From Thermodesulfovibrionales bacterium (GTDB lineage Bacteria; Nitrospirota; Thermodesulfovibrionia; Thermodesulfovibrionales; UBA6898), in contig JBIOIY010000003.1 of the NCBI GenBank assembly GCA_044450345.1, positions 32,001 through 96,000 of the forward strand: a stretch of 64,000 nucleotides of DNA. The letters run 5' to 3'. Positions 38,612 to 48,112 of this stretch are shown here, one piece after another; position 1 is the first letter of the stretch; every line of letters begins with the position of its first letter. The translations under genes and the position numbers were made by a program. Under the pieces are notes generated by a model, which did no database searches, was not told the origin of the DNA, and saw only the letters and a program-made list of their open reading frames with translations.

Positions 38612-39178
38612 TTACTTCAAGCTCAGAAAATTTCTCAGAAGCTCCTTCCCGACGACTGTTAATATCGATTCAGGATGGAACTGGACTCCCTCGATAATAA
38701 ACTCCTTATGCCTGACTCCCATGATCTCACCCTGGTCTGTCCAGGCTGTTATTTCGAGGCAGGCAGGCTTATTCTCCTTCTTAATCAGGAGGGAATGATA
38801 TCTTGTAGCCTCAAAGGGGTCCGGCAGTCCGGCGAAGAGGTTCTTCCCGTCATGGTGGATAAGCGAGGTCTTGCCATGCATCAGCCTCGGGGCACGGATG
38901 ATCTCTCCTCCGAAGGCAGCGCCGATCGACTGGTGGCCGAGGCATACGCCTAAGATAGGCAGCTTGCCCGCAAAGTACTGCACCGTTTCGACCGATATGC
39001 CGGCCTCTTTAGGCGTGCACGGTCCCGGAGATATGACGATCCTCTCAGGAGATATCCTCTCTATCTCTTTGACGGTGATCTTATTGTTCCTGAAGACCCT
39101 GACGTCTTCGCCCAACTCCCCGAGATATTGGACGAGATTATACGTAAACGAATCGTAATTATCTATCATTAAGAGCAT
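38612..39178 (-). CDS. trpG: Anthranilate synthase component II
   Basis: IDNYDSF, GVCLGHQ and QFHPES motifs. Start is ATG 39178. Confidence 0.93.
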   Translation of the reverse strand: MLLMIDNYDSFTYNLVQYLGELGEDVRVFRNNKITVKEIERISPERIVISPGPCTPKEAGISVETVQYFAGKLPILGVCLGHQSIGAAFGGEIIRAPRLMHGKTSLIHHDGKNLFAGLPDPFEATRYHSLLIKKENKPACLEITAWTDQGEIMGVRHKEFIIEGVQFHPESILTVVGKELLRNFLSLK

Positions 39179-39245
39179 GGTTTTTCCCTCTGTTTTGTCT
39201 TTGTATACTTGTCTCGTTAACTTTTCAAACCATCTTTGCACAGCA

Positions 39246-39269
39246 AGGGCACGCGCAACGTGCCCCTAC
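39246..39269 (-). repeat. GTAG-type REP-like palindrome
   Basis: Minus strand reads GTAG-GGGCACG-TTGCG-CGTGCCC-T. Confidence 0.7.
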
Positions 39270-39273
39270 AATT

Positions 39274-40746
39274 TTATCCTAAACCTTCCTCCGCCATGTC
39301 TACAGCCGTCATCATTCCCTTTGCCTTGTTCACCGTCTCCAGATATTCCTTCTCCGGCTCGGAATCCGCGACGATGCCCGCTCCTGCCTGGACATAGACT
39401 TTGCCGTCTTTTATGATAAGGGTCCTTATGGTTATGCAGGTGTCCATATTGCCGGAGTAGCTGAAATATCCGACCGCGCCGGCATAAGGGCCCCTCCTCG
39501 TCGGCTCGAGCTCCTCGATGATCTCCATCGCCCTTACCTTCGGGGCGCCAGACACCGTCCCCGCCGGAAAGCACGCGGCGAGTACATCGAATGCATCGAG
39601 CCCCTCTTTCAGATCTCCCTCGACATTTGATACAAGGTGCATAACGTGGCTGTACCGTTCTACCGTCATCAACTCCGTGACCTTCACCGAACCGATAGTC
39701 GCTACCTTTCCCACGTCGTTTCTGCCCAGGTCCACAAGCATAATATGTTCGGAGATCTCTTTCGGGTCATTTTTCAATTCCTCTTCGAGGGCCTTGTCGG
39801 CAGACTCGGTCTCGCCTCTTTTTCTCGTCCCAGCGATCGGGCGCAGCAGGATCTTTCCGTCTTCAAACCGCACGAGGATCTCCGGAGACGAACCGACTAT
39901 CTTCGCATCTCCTATATCAAGATAATACATGTATGGAGACGGATTGATCACGCGGAGCGCCCGGTAAATATGAAAAGGGTCACCTGCGGCGTCCCGCTCG
40001 AACCTTTGGGAAAGAACCACCTGGACGATATCGCCCGCCATAACATATTCCTTCGACTTTTTGACTGCGGTCAGGAAATCCTGTTTGGAGAAGTTGGAAC
40101 TGATGCCATTTTTTTGCGGGGCTGATGCGGTATCCTCAAGTATAATAGGCGTCCTCAGTTTCGTTATGATATCATCGATCTTCTGCTCCGCTTCCCGATA
40201 TGCCTTATCAGGTAAGTTGTCCTCTATATGGGCGTTCGACACGACCTTTATCTTCTGCCTCAGACTATCGAAAATGAGCATCGTATCGGTCAGCATAAAA
40301 AAGAAGTCCGGGAGTCCGAGGCCCTCTTTTTTGAACTCCTCTATGGGCTCGAAAAACTTCACCATGTCATACCCCATATACCCGACGAGCCCTCCGAAAA
40401 ACCTCGGGAGGCCCTCGATCTCAACGGGTCTGTATCTCGAGATCTCTCTTTTTATGAGATCGACGGGATTGTCCGATTCGACGACAGTGGGCGGTTTCTG
40501 GCCGTTGATAATTTCAACTGTATTCCCTCTGCCTTTGATTACCTTAGAAGGTCTTGAGCCGAGGAAAGAGTACCTTGCCCACTTTTCGCCGCCCTCTACG
40601 CTTTCAAGAAGAAATGAAGGCGTCCCTCCGAGCTTTAAGAAGGCGGTGACCGGCGTGTCCGTATCGGCGAGTATCTCTTTGTAAACCGGGATGAGGTTTC
40701 CCTTTCCGGCTAACTCCTTAAATTTTTTTAAATTTGGGTAAAGCAT
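39274..40746 (-). CDS. trpE: Anthranilate synthase component I
   Basis: LLESVEGG, NPSPYMY, EHIMLVDLGRND and FPAGTVSGAPK motifs. Confidence 0.96.
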   Translation of the reverse strand: MLYPNLKKFKELAGKGNLIPVYKEILADTDTPVTAFLKLGGTPSFLLESVEGGEKWARYSFLGSRPSKVIKGRGNTVEIINGQKPPTVVESDNPVDLIKREISRYRPVEIEGLPRFFGGLVGYMGYDMVKFFEPIEEFKKEGLGLPDFFFMLTDTMLIFDSLRQKIKVVSNAHIEDNLPDKAYREAEQKIDDIITKLRTPIILEDTASAPQKNGISSNFSKQDFLTAVKKSKEYVMAGDIVQVVLSQRFERDAAGDPFHIYRALRVINPSPYMYYLDIGDAKIVGSSPEILVRFEDGKILLRPIAGTRKRGETESADKALEEELKNDPKEISEHIMLVDLGRNDVGKVATIGSVKVTELMTVERYSHVMHLVSNVEGDLKEGLDAFDVLAACFPAGTVSGAPKVRAMEIIEELEPTRRGPYAGAVGYFSYSGNMDTCITIRTLIIKDGKVYVQAGAGIVADSEPEKEYLETVNKAKGMMTAVDMAEEGLG

Positions 40747-40747
40747 A

Positions 40748-40776
40748 TTGACAAAAATCCCTTGTTAAAATAGTAT
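40748..40776 (+). promoter_or_regulatory. Candidate promoter of the tRNA-Gly/Cys unit
   Basis: TTGACA-17-TAGTAT. Confidence 0.5.
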
Positions 40777-40876
40777 TTTATACTTTATAATTATATCTTA
40801 TTGGTTGACGATAAGTTAAGCGTTATCCGACAAGATATTATCAGCCGGTTGTCAGGCAGTATTCGGCATGAATAAT

Positions 40877-40951
40877 GCGGGAATAGCTCAGTGGTAGAGC
40901 ACAACCTTGCCAAGGTTGGGGTCGCGGGTTCGAATCCCGTTTCCCGCTCCA
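40877..40951 (+). tRNA. tRNA-Gly(GCC)
   Basis: GCGGGAA/TTCCCGC acceptor, CAACC-TTGCCAA-GGTTG anticodon arm and CCA. Confidence 0.97.
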
Positions 40952-40958
40952 TAAAAAA

Positions 40959-41046
40959 AGTGAATAGTGAATAGTCTTCAGTGAATAGTAAGAAAACGAC
41001 TATAAAAGAATAAAACCAATTCACCTTTCACAATTTACTTTTCACG
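40959..41046. repeat. Heptamer repeats (AGTGAAT)n facing (WTTCACN)n in the tRNA spacer
   Basis: AGTGAAT x3 at 40959-40986; ATTCACC TTTCACA ATTTACT TTTCACG at 41019-41046. Confidence 0.7.
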
Positions 41047-41062
41047 GATTGTATCTTTAAAG

Positions 41063-41138
41063 GGCGGCGTACCCAAGTGGCTAAGGGAGAGGTCTGCAAA
41101 ACCTTTATGCAGCGGTTCAAATCCGCTCGCCGCCTCCA
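41063..41138 (+). tRNA. tRNA-Cys(GCA)
   Basis: GGCGGCG/CGCCGCC acceptor, GAGGT-CTGCAAA-ACCTT anticodon arm, U73 discriminator and CCA. Confidence 0.96.
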
Positions 41139-42970
41139 ATTCCCAGTATCTCTTTCCCCTCTCTGAGGGAATCGAGAAAGGCCATATCGAGGGCTTTTTC
41201 CTCAAAATATTCCTGTTCGAGCGACTCGATGTAGAACCTGTCGAGTCCGCTGTTTTCGAGAAAGTCTTCCCTGAGCAAGGAGTCCACGGCCTGAATGACC
41301 ATCGGGAATATCTGGTTCAGATAGACCGATTCCTTCCTGAGGTCGATAAACACCTTCTCAAAGAGTTTGGCCGGTATCTTATCGCAGATCCCCTTTCCCG
41401 ACAGTTCGGCGGTAATGTCAGCCCTGATCTTCTCCCTCACCTCCTTCAGTTCGAGGCCCGGGAAGAAGCTCCTCATCTTTTCCTTTAACGCAGTATGCGT
41501 TTCATGATAAAGCTTTTCTTCTTCTGTAACGGTTTTAAGTTCGGTAATGACGTCTTTCAGTGAAGATTCGCCTTGTTGGATATTTTCTATACCCTTGTGG
41601 ACGAGCTTTATTTTTCGTCTGCCGTAGCCGGTGATGTACTTGTTCGCAAGAAGTTCCTTGATAAACATCGTCTTGAAGAGATCGGCGTCGAGTTCGTCGA
41701 AGGCCTTCTTGTTTCCTATGAGACTCCTCAAAGATTCATCTTTCAGTTCTATCCTTTTCATAAAGGCCAGCTGGCTGAGGAGGGCCTGGACGTTATCGTA
41801 TCTGTCGAAGTAAGTGATTATCGAACTGAACTCTTCAAATACCCTGAAGTCGTCGGTCTCTCTGGCGAGTTCGTCACATGCCCTGCCTATATCCAGGAGC
41901 ACCTGTTCGAACCCCCTGTCGTTCTGAGAATAAGCCGTATGCTTTGCTCTTACCAGGCGCACAATATCCTCTTTTATAATATGCTGCTTCAGGGACGGGT
42001 CCTTGAAAAAAAGGTTTTCGAGGATCGCCCGTGCATCTTTCAGATAATCCCGTTCTTCTGTTTCCTGGATCTTTTTCCCCTTCAACAGGAGTTCATCGAG
42101 GGTATCGAAGAGGACGACAGGGATATTGTTTCTGATGCTGAGGGTCCTGAGCCTGTTGAGACGGGCATATTCCGAGGCGTGGAGCGTATCGCGCGCCATG
42201 CTTTTTATGAGCACGTCCCTGTATTCGTCGACGACGATCTTGTTTTCGGGGTGGTTGTACATGACGTCGATCTTCATCCTCTCCTGCTGGTACCGGTCGA
42301 TGCGGTTCCTGACAACAATATCCTCGAGGTAGAGTTCCTCCGCCTGGCTGAGTTCCCGGTTTTTGGCATAAAAGCCCCTATAGGCGGTGTAATATTCCTG
42401 GTTCGCCTTGTTCATAAGCTTGAAGATAAAAACGATTGAGTTTTTTTCCCTGAGCTCTGCGCAGAAGTTGCTCAGAAGTTCCGTGTCGTCCGCGCCGGAG
42501 AGGAGGTCTGTTCTTTTAAGGAATTTTCCCACAAACTTCAGGATATGCTGCTGCCGTTTTCTGTAGTCGCCTTCATAATCGGAAGAGACAAGGAAATAGT
42601 AGTTTGCAACCGCGTGCCCCTGGAGGAAAAGTTTGTCGAATGTTTCGAATCCTTCGGTATTATTGGTAAATACGACCTTTTCTTTGTCGTCAAGGAAGGC
42701 ACCGAACATGATAAGCCTGTTCAGGACGTCGCTTTTTTCCATATCCTTTACCGGCTTTTCGACACCGAACATATACTGGCAAAAACTTCCCCCGGTCCCT
42801 TTATACATTATGCTGTCTTCTGAGATGGTGAGCTCGTTGCCCCTCGAGAAAAATCTTATGCGCGAAGGTTCTTCTTCATAGAAGTATGAGTTATAGGTGC
42901 TTGCCCCTGCGGCAAAGGCCAAGAAATCAACCCTTCCGATGCTGCCGTGGAGCCGGAGGTCTCTGATCAT
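41117..42970 (-). CDS. Conserved protein of unknown function (TIGR04442-like, from recall)
   Basis: 617 aa. N-terminus IRDLRLHG, RFFSRGNE, GGSFCQYMFGV and YQQERMKIDVMY match my recollection of that family. Confidence 0.7.
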   Translation of the reverse strand: MIRDLRLHGSIGRVDFLAFAAGASTYNSYFYEEEPSRIRFFSRGNELTISEDSIMYKGTGGSFCQYMFGVEKPVKDMEKSDVLNRLIMFGAFLDDKEKVVFTNNTEGFETFDKLFLQGHAVANYYFLVSSDYEGDYRKRQQHILKFVGKFLKRTDLLSGADDTELLSNFCAELREKNSIVFIFKLMNKANQEYYTAYRGFYAKNRELSQAEELYLEDIVVRNRIDRYQQERMKIDVMYNHPENKIVVDEYRDVLIKSMARDTLHASEYARLNRLRTLSIRNNIPVVLFDTLDELLLKGKKIQETEERDYLKDARAILENLFFKDPSLKQHIIKEDIVRLVRAKHTAYSQNDRGFEQVLLDIGRACDELARETDDFRVFEEFSSIITYFDRYDNVQALLSQLAFMKRIELKDESLRSLIGNKKAFDELDADLFKTMFIKELLANKYITGYGRRKIKLVHKGIENIQQGESSLKDVITELKTVTEEEKLYHETHTALKEKMRSFFPGLELKEVREKIRADITAELSGKGICDKIPAKLFEKVFIDLRKESVYLNQIFPMVIQAVDSLLREDFLENSGLDRFYIESLEQEYFEEKALDMAFLDSLREGKEILGIGGGERI

Positions 42971-43108
42971 AGGAAAAATATACCACAGCCTCGGGAAAAT
43001 ATTCTATTTCAGTGTAAGGTGCGAAGCAGAACAGCAAGCCGTCCTTGCGTACGAATTGCCGAAAAAATCCGTTTCATCTATGATAATAGGTAAGGAAATC
43101 AGAGAAGT

Positions 43109-45124
43109 ATGGCTATCGGCGCTGAAACAGACAATCTTTTTCCGGAATGTGTATCTGTCCATTCCCCGGCGGGACTTTGTTCAAAAGTCGCACTCCGAAA
43201 TTTCGGGTGGATCATTCGGTGCGCCCTCTGCGTCGTGCTCTCGTGTTTATTTTTTCCTCCGAATGTGGCGTCAGGCGCGGACGGGAGGGAATATGTCAAG
43301 AACGGCAAATGCGATCTGGATGCCGGCCGGTATGAAGAGGCCGTGAAAAAGCTCACCCTTGCCATAAGGGAGTTTCCCCTCCTCGAGGACTACTCACTTC
43401 TCTATCTGTCGACCGCGTATCACCAGCTTGGCGACCATAAGAAATCGCTGGATGCCGTCCGCACGCTCGTTCAAAAATATCCTCAGTCTCCTCTTGTAAG
43501 AAAGGCAAGGTCTGCCGAGGTGCGGGAGGCCAGAGAAAATCCCGGAGAGAAACTCCTCCAGGTATTTGATTCTTACACGAAAGATTATCCGGAGGATGAA
43601 GAAATGAATCTCGCCTATGGTCTCTTTCTGAAGCAGTCCGGGGACATCGGGCGGGCCAAAGAAGTATTCAAGAAGATATACCTGAGGGCAGGTCTGCTTT
43701 CACAGACCGCATACGCCGAACTGTCGCCCTCAGACCTGAGTGTCCCGGACACGCTGGAAAGGGCGGCAAATCTGATGAAGAGGAACGAGTTCAAGGAGGC
43801 AGAGCGTGAGCTGAGAAGGGCACTTCCGGCCTGTGACGGAATGACCAGGGAAGAGGTCCTCAGGAATATAGGGCTTTCGCTTTTCAGGCAGAAGGAGTAC
43901 ACGGAGGCGGCTGAGATATATGACAAGATAAACGACGTTTTTTTTAAGGCCCGCTCCCTTTATAGAGCGGGAGACAAACGGGGTTTTGTGTCGGCCCTCA
44001 AAGAGCTTATGGGAAAAAATGACAAGAGGGCAGGCGGCCTGCTGATCGCCTTTGCGGGGGATAAGCGGAGGGAAGGTGATTTCGAAGGGGCTCTGAATAT
44101 CTATGATGACGTTCTGTCCAGGTATCCTTCAGATGCCGAAGAAGCGATGTGGGGAATCGGCTGGACCCATTACGTCGCTGCGGACTACAGAAAGGCGGCC
44201 GGCGTTTTTTTGAAACTGTACGCGAAGTACGAAGACCCGAAATATCTTTACTGGCAGGCCAGAAGCAGCGAGGCGTCGGGCGAAGACGCAAAGGCACTGT
44301 ATGGCGCACTCGCTAAGCATGAGAACAACTTCTACATGGTCCTTTCCGCCGCCCGGGGTAAAATAAGGGCCGGGGACTATTTGTCGGGGAACATTCCGGA
44401 TGACAGCGAGGCCGGTGAACAACGTCAGTTCGAGCGTGCAGACGTGCTTCTTTCTTTGAACATGACCGGGGAGGCGAATGCCGAACTGCAATGGATAGCG
44501 AGAAAGATCGAAACGCCCCTTGCCCTGGTGGCTGCGGCATCAAGGTTCCAGAAGATCGGGGACTATAAACGCTCCGTAACCCTCGCTGCAAAGATGCCCT
44601 ACTCCGATAAACTGCACAGGTTCTGGTACCCCATGGCCTTCTGGGACGACGTTGAAAAAACATCGAAAAAACATGATATCGACCCGATGATCGCGCTGTC
44701 GGTGATGAGAGAAGAAAGCCGCTTTGATCCCGATGCCAGGTCTGTGGCCGGTGCGCGGGGGCTGATGCAGTTGATGCCCCACACCGCATACAGACTCGAC
44801 AAAAGCGTCGGGCTGGGTATCAGAAAGGACTCTCAGATAAACGACGCGAGAAACAATATCCATCTAGGAGTCTATTACTTGAAGTCTCTCTTCAAGGAAT
44901 TCAAGTCTCTGCCCTATGTCCTTGCCGCATATAACGCAGGAGAGGTCATCGTGAAGAAGTGGGAACAACAAAGCAACCACAAGGCCGCCGATGAGTTCAT
45001 CGAGGACATTCCCTATGCCGAAACGAGAAACTACGTCAAGAAGGTCATGACCTCTTATTTTCAGTATAAGAGGTCTTCTGTGTCGGAATCCATTTCTGCG
45101 AGCCTCCCGTTCGGCAATCTCTGA
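43109..45124 (+). CDS. TPR-containing lytic transglycosylase (Slt70-like), start uncertain
   Basis: REESRF, GLMQLMP, AAYNAG and ETRNYVKKV motifs. Confidence 0.92.
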   Translation: MAIGAETDNLFPECVSVHSPAGLCSKVALRNFGWIIRCALCVVLSCLFFPPNVASGADGREYVKNGKCDLDAGRYEEAVKKLTLAIREFPLLEDYSLLYLSTAYHQLGDHKKSLDAVRTLVQKYPQSPLVRKARSAEVREARENPGEKLLQVFDSYTKDYPEDEEMNLAYGLFLKQSGDIGRAKEVFKKIYLRAGLLSQTAYAELSPSDLSVPDTLERAANLMKRNEFKEAERELRRALPACDGMTREEVLRNIGLSLFRQKEYTEAAEIYDKINDVFFKARSLYRAGDKRGFVSALKELMGKNDKRAGGLLIAFAGDKRREGDFEGALNIYDDVLSRYPSDAEEAMWGIGWTHYVAADYRKAAGVFLKLYAKYEDPKYLYWQARSSEASGEDAKALYGALAKHENNFYMVLSAARGKIRAGDYLSGNIPDDSEAGEQRQFERADVLLSLNMTGEANAELQWIARKIETPLALVAAASRFQKIGDYKRSVTLAAKMPYSDKLHRFWYPMAFWDDVEKTSKKHDIDPMIALSVMREESRFDPDARSVAGARGLMQLMPHTAYRLDKSVGLGIRKDSQINDARNNIHLGVYYLKSLFKEFKSLPYVLAAYNAGEVIVKKWEQQSNHKAADEFIEDIPYAETRNYVKKVMTSYFQYKRSSVSESISASLPFGNL

Positions 45125-45373
45125 GCGGTTGTCTCTTTGACTTTGCGGTCCGGCCTCCCGCGTCAGCCGTGCAAGAAAGTACGGAACGCCGAACCTGAAA
45201 ACGGGCATTTTGGCCGCCGGGTGCTTGACACCCTCCTTAATCCCTGATACAAGGTAAGAAAATGCGTCGTACCGGCCTATCATGTGAGAGGTAATTGATA
45301 TTTTTCTTTGCAACGTTCATTTTATTTTTTGTATCCTAAATTGTCATCTTGCAAAAATAAGGAGGCGAGTCTC

Positions 45374-46630
45374 ATGGATATAAAGGAATTTGTTCTGTCT
45401 AAGGCGAAAGAGGCGAAAGAAGGCGCCCGCTCTCTAGGGAAGGCGTCATCAAAGCAGAAGAACCTCGCTCTCATTAAGATGGCCGAAGCGCTCAAGAAAA
45501 GGGCGAAGGAACTGAAAAAAGAGAACGCCAAGGATGTAGCCTTTGCCCAGAAGAAGGGTCTATCTAAGGCCATGATCGACAGGCTTACCCTCAACGACAA
45601 GCGTATAAACGAGATGGCCCAGGGGCTTCTAGAAGTCGCGGCCCTGCCCGATCCGGTCGGCGAGGTGGTTAAGATGTGGCAGCGGCCTAACGGCATGACA
45701 GTAGGCAAGATGCGGGTCCCGATCGGCTTGATAGGCATAATCTATGAATCAAGGCCCAACGTTACGGCCGACGCGACGAGCCTCTGTCTTAAGGCGGGTA
45801 ATGCGGTCATACTGCGCGGCGGATCAGAGGCTATCCACTCCAACAGGGCGATCGTAAAGATATTGCGCGATGCAGCAAAAAAAGAAGGGCTGCACGAGGG
45901 TGCTGTGACATTCATTGACATCCCCGACAGGGAAGCAGTTATGGAGATGCTTAAGTTGGAGGGGATAGTGGACCTCATTATCCCCCGCGGCGGAGAGGGG
46001 CTCATAAGGGCGGTGACGGAGAATTCGCGTATTCCTGTTCTCAAGCACTACAAAGGCGTCTGCCATGTCTTTGTCGACAGGGATGCAGACCTTCAGATGG
46101 CCCAGGAAATATGTTTCAATGCTAAGGTCCAGAGGCCCGGCACCTGCAATGCGATGGAGACGATGCTGGTCGACAAGAAAGTTGCTAAGAACTTTCTCCC
46201 TGACATGGCGGCGAGGTTCAGGAAGGCGGGGGTCGTCCTGAAAGGATGTCCCGAGACAACAAAGGTCCTGCCGAACATCGATAGCGTGAAAGAGGAAGAG
46301 TATTACAATGAGTATCTCGATCTTGTCCTCAATGTGAGGGTCGTGAAGGATATAGATGAGGCGATGGAGCATATCGCCAAGTACAGTTCTGCCCATTCCG
46401 ACTCAATAGTCACCAAGGATTATGCGAAGGGCATGCGGTTCCTGCGCGAAGTAGATTCGTCCGCGGTGTTCGTGAACGCCTCGACACGCCTCAACGATGG
46501 ATATCAGTTCGGCCTCGGCGCCGAGATAGGTATTTCGACCGACAAGATCCATGCAAGGGGACCCATGGGGCTTGAGGAACTTACCTGCACAAAGTTTATC
46601 GTGCTTGGGAACGGCCAGATCAGAGAGTAA
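45374..46630 (+). CDS. proA: Glutamate-5-semialdehyde dehydrogenase
   Basis: IYESRPNVT, CNAMET and GISTDKIHARGPMGL motifs. GGAGG RBS before ATG 45374. Confidence 0.97.
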   Translation: MDIKEFVLSKAKEAKEGARSLGKASSKQKNLALIKMAEALKKRAKELKKENAKDVAFAQKKGLSKAMIDRLTLNDKRINEMAQGLLEVAALPDPVGEVVKMWQRPNGMTVGKMRVPIGLIGIIYESRPNVTADATSLCLKAGNAVILRGGSEAIHSNRAIVKILRDAAKKEGLHEGAVTFIDIPDREAVMEMLKLEGIVDLIIPRGGEGLIRAVTENSRIPVLKHYKGVCHVFVDRDADLQMAQEICFNAKVQRPGTCNAMETMLVDKKVAKNFLPDMAARFRKAGVVLKGCPETTKVLPNIDSVKEEEYYNEYLDLVLNVRVVKDIDEAMEHIAKYSSAHSDSIVTKDYAKGMRFLREVDSSAVFVNASTRLNDGYQFGLGAEIGISTDKIHARGPMGLEELTCTKFIVLGNGQIRE

Positions 46631-46634
46631 CGGA

Positions 46635-47300
46635 TTGTCAAAAATCGGCGTTTTCGGCGGTACGTTTAATCCTATCCATTACGGACATCTGAGGGCAGCG
46701 GAAGAGGTGAGGGAGATGCTGGGCTTCGAGAGAGTTCTGTTTGTCCCTTCAGGGAACCCTCCGCTTAAGACCGGCCACCTTGCAGATGCATTGAAGAGAT
46801 ACGAGATGGTGAGGCTTGCGACTGCGGGGAACAGGTCCTTCGATGTGCTCGATATAGAGAGCGTGAAACCTGCGAAGTCTTATACTGTGGAAACCCTTGA
46901 GGTTCTTGTAAATCGTTACTCCGGCTCAGAACTATACTTTATGCTCGGCATGGACGCTTTTTTGGATATACCCGGATGGTGGATGCCCGAGAAGCTCGTT
47001 TCGATGGTCAATTTCGCCGTGATCTCAAGACCCGGCCGCAAATTTGAGGACCTTCTTTCATCGCCCCATCTGGATGTCGAGCGGGGTGATCTAAAGGTGC
47101 TTGACGACAGCGACGGAGAATGTAAGATTTTTAGATTGAAGTCGCTCAAAGAAGCGGCCCTGGTGAAGATTACCCCCATCGATATTTCTTCCTCAGACAT
47201 AAGAAGGCGGATGCAGGCTGGGCAGAGCGTAAAATATCTATTGCCAGAGAGTGTCGAATCATTTATAATTTCTAATAAGTTGTATTCACCTGTTAGATGA
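46635..47300 (+). CDS. nadD: Nicotinate-nucleotide adenylyltransferase
   Basis: GGTFNPIHYGH and ISSSDIR motifs. TTG start assumed. Confidence 0.94.
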   Translation: MSKIGVFGGTFNPIHYGHLRAAEEVREMLGFERVLFVPSGNPPLKTGHLADALKRYEMVRLATAGNRSFDVLDIESVKPAKSYTVETLEVLVNRYSGSELYFMLGMDAFLDIPGWWMPEKLVSMVNFAVISRPGRKFEDLLSSPHLDVERGDLKVLDDSDGECKIFRLKSLKEAALVKITPIDISSSDIRRRMQAGQSVKYLLPESVESFIISNKLYSPVR

Positions 47301-47334
47301 AAACGGGAATCGAAGCGAAAGGAAGGGAAGACCT

Positions 47335-47724
47335 TTAAAAAGTAGAGAATTAGCCACCAAGGCAGCAGAAGCGGCCTTGAAAAAGAAGGCCTCTGATCTG
47401 GTTGTCCTTGATCTTGCCGGTCTCACCATCATTGCCGATTATTTCGTGATCTGCTCCGGGGAAAGCACCACTCAGGTAAAAGCCATTGCCGATTTTATCG
47501 AACATGAATTTTCGGGCAAGGGAATGAGGCTTTTAGGTGTAGAGGGGCTCGATTACGGCCACTGGGTCCTCCTTGATTACGGCGACGTTATCGTTCACGT
47601 TTTTGAAAAGGAAACAAGGGCCTATTACGAGCTCGAGAAGCTCTGGATGGATGCCGAGACCGTGGAGATAGATGAAGATAAAGCTGGTGTGGGTGGGAAA
47701 GACAAAAGAGCGGTCCATCGATGA
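47335..47724 (+). CDS. rsfS: Ribosome silencing factor (start uncertain; first canonical start is TTG 47377)
   Basis: IADYFVICSG, WVLLDYGDVIVHVF and YYELEKLW motifs. Confidence 0.9.
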   Translation, partial: LKSRELATKAAEAALKKKASDLVVLDLAGLTIIADYFVICSGESTTQVKAIADFIEHEFSGKGMRLLGVEGLDYGHWVLLDYGDVIVHVFEKETRAYYELEKLWMDAETVEIDEDKAGVGGKDKRAVHR

Positions 47725-48112
47725 AGGGGTTAAGAAGTATTTAAGGCTGCTTAGGCCCTTCGGGGATGTCAGCGTTGTCGAGATCAAAGAAGAAAAGGGA
47801 AAGGATATTCACCGGATGGTCGAAAAAGAGGGTGAGAGGATAGTAAAGCTGCCTGCCCCGTTCATCCTTCTCGATGAAAGGGGGAAAGGCTACACTTCTC
47901 CCGAATTTGCGGAGTTTCTGTCCCGCCGCTCTTCAACGCCCACTTTTGTAATCGGCGGTGCTTACGGCGTCTCTGAAAGTGTCCGCGATGCGGCCGAATG
48001 CAAGATGGCGCTCTCGAAGATGACCCTTACCCATGAGATGGCGAGGCTGGTCCTTGTCGAGCAGATTTACAGGGCATTCACGATAATGCACAAAAGGGGA
48101 TACCATCACTGA
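47672..48112 (+). CDS. rlmH: 23S rRNA m3Psi1915 methyltransferase
   Basis: FVIGGAYG, HEMARLVLVEQIYRA and a C-terminal YHH. Confidence 0.94.
   Translation: MKIKLVWVGKTKERSIDEGVKKYLRLLRPFGDVSVVEIKEEKGKDIHRMVEKEGERIVKLPAPFILLDERGKGYTSPEFAEFLSRRSSTPTFVIGGAYGVSESVRDAAECKMALSKMTLTHEMARLVLVEQIYRAFTIMHKRGYHH

Noticed and set aside
40747..40876. trp attenuator or T-box upstream of trpE
   Set aside because: No Trp-rich leader peptide or T-box motif visible; this is a short divergent promoter region.
40791..41024. 77-aa minus-strand ORF (MERETGFEPAT...)
   Set aside because: Classic antisense translation of tRNA-Gly.
45125..45373. Possible ncRNA between slt and proA
   Set aside because: Only short hairpins and a TTGACA, with no recognisable family.
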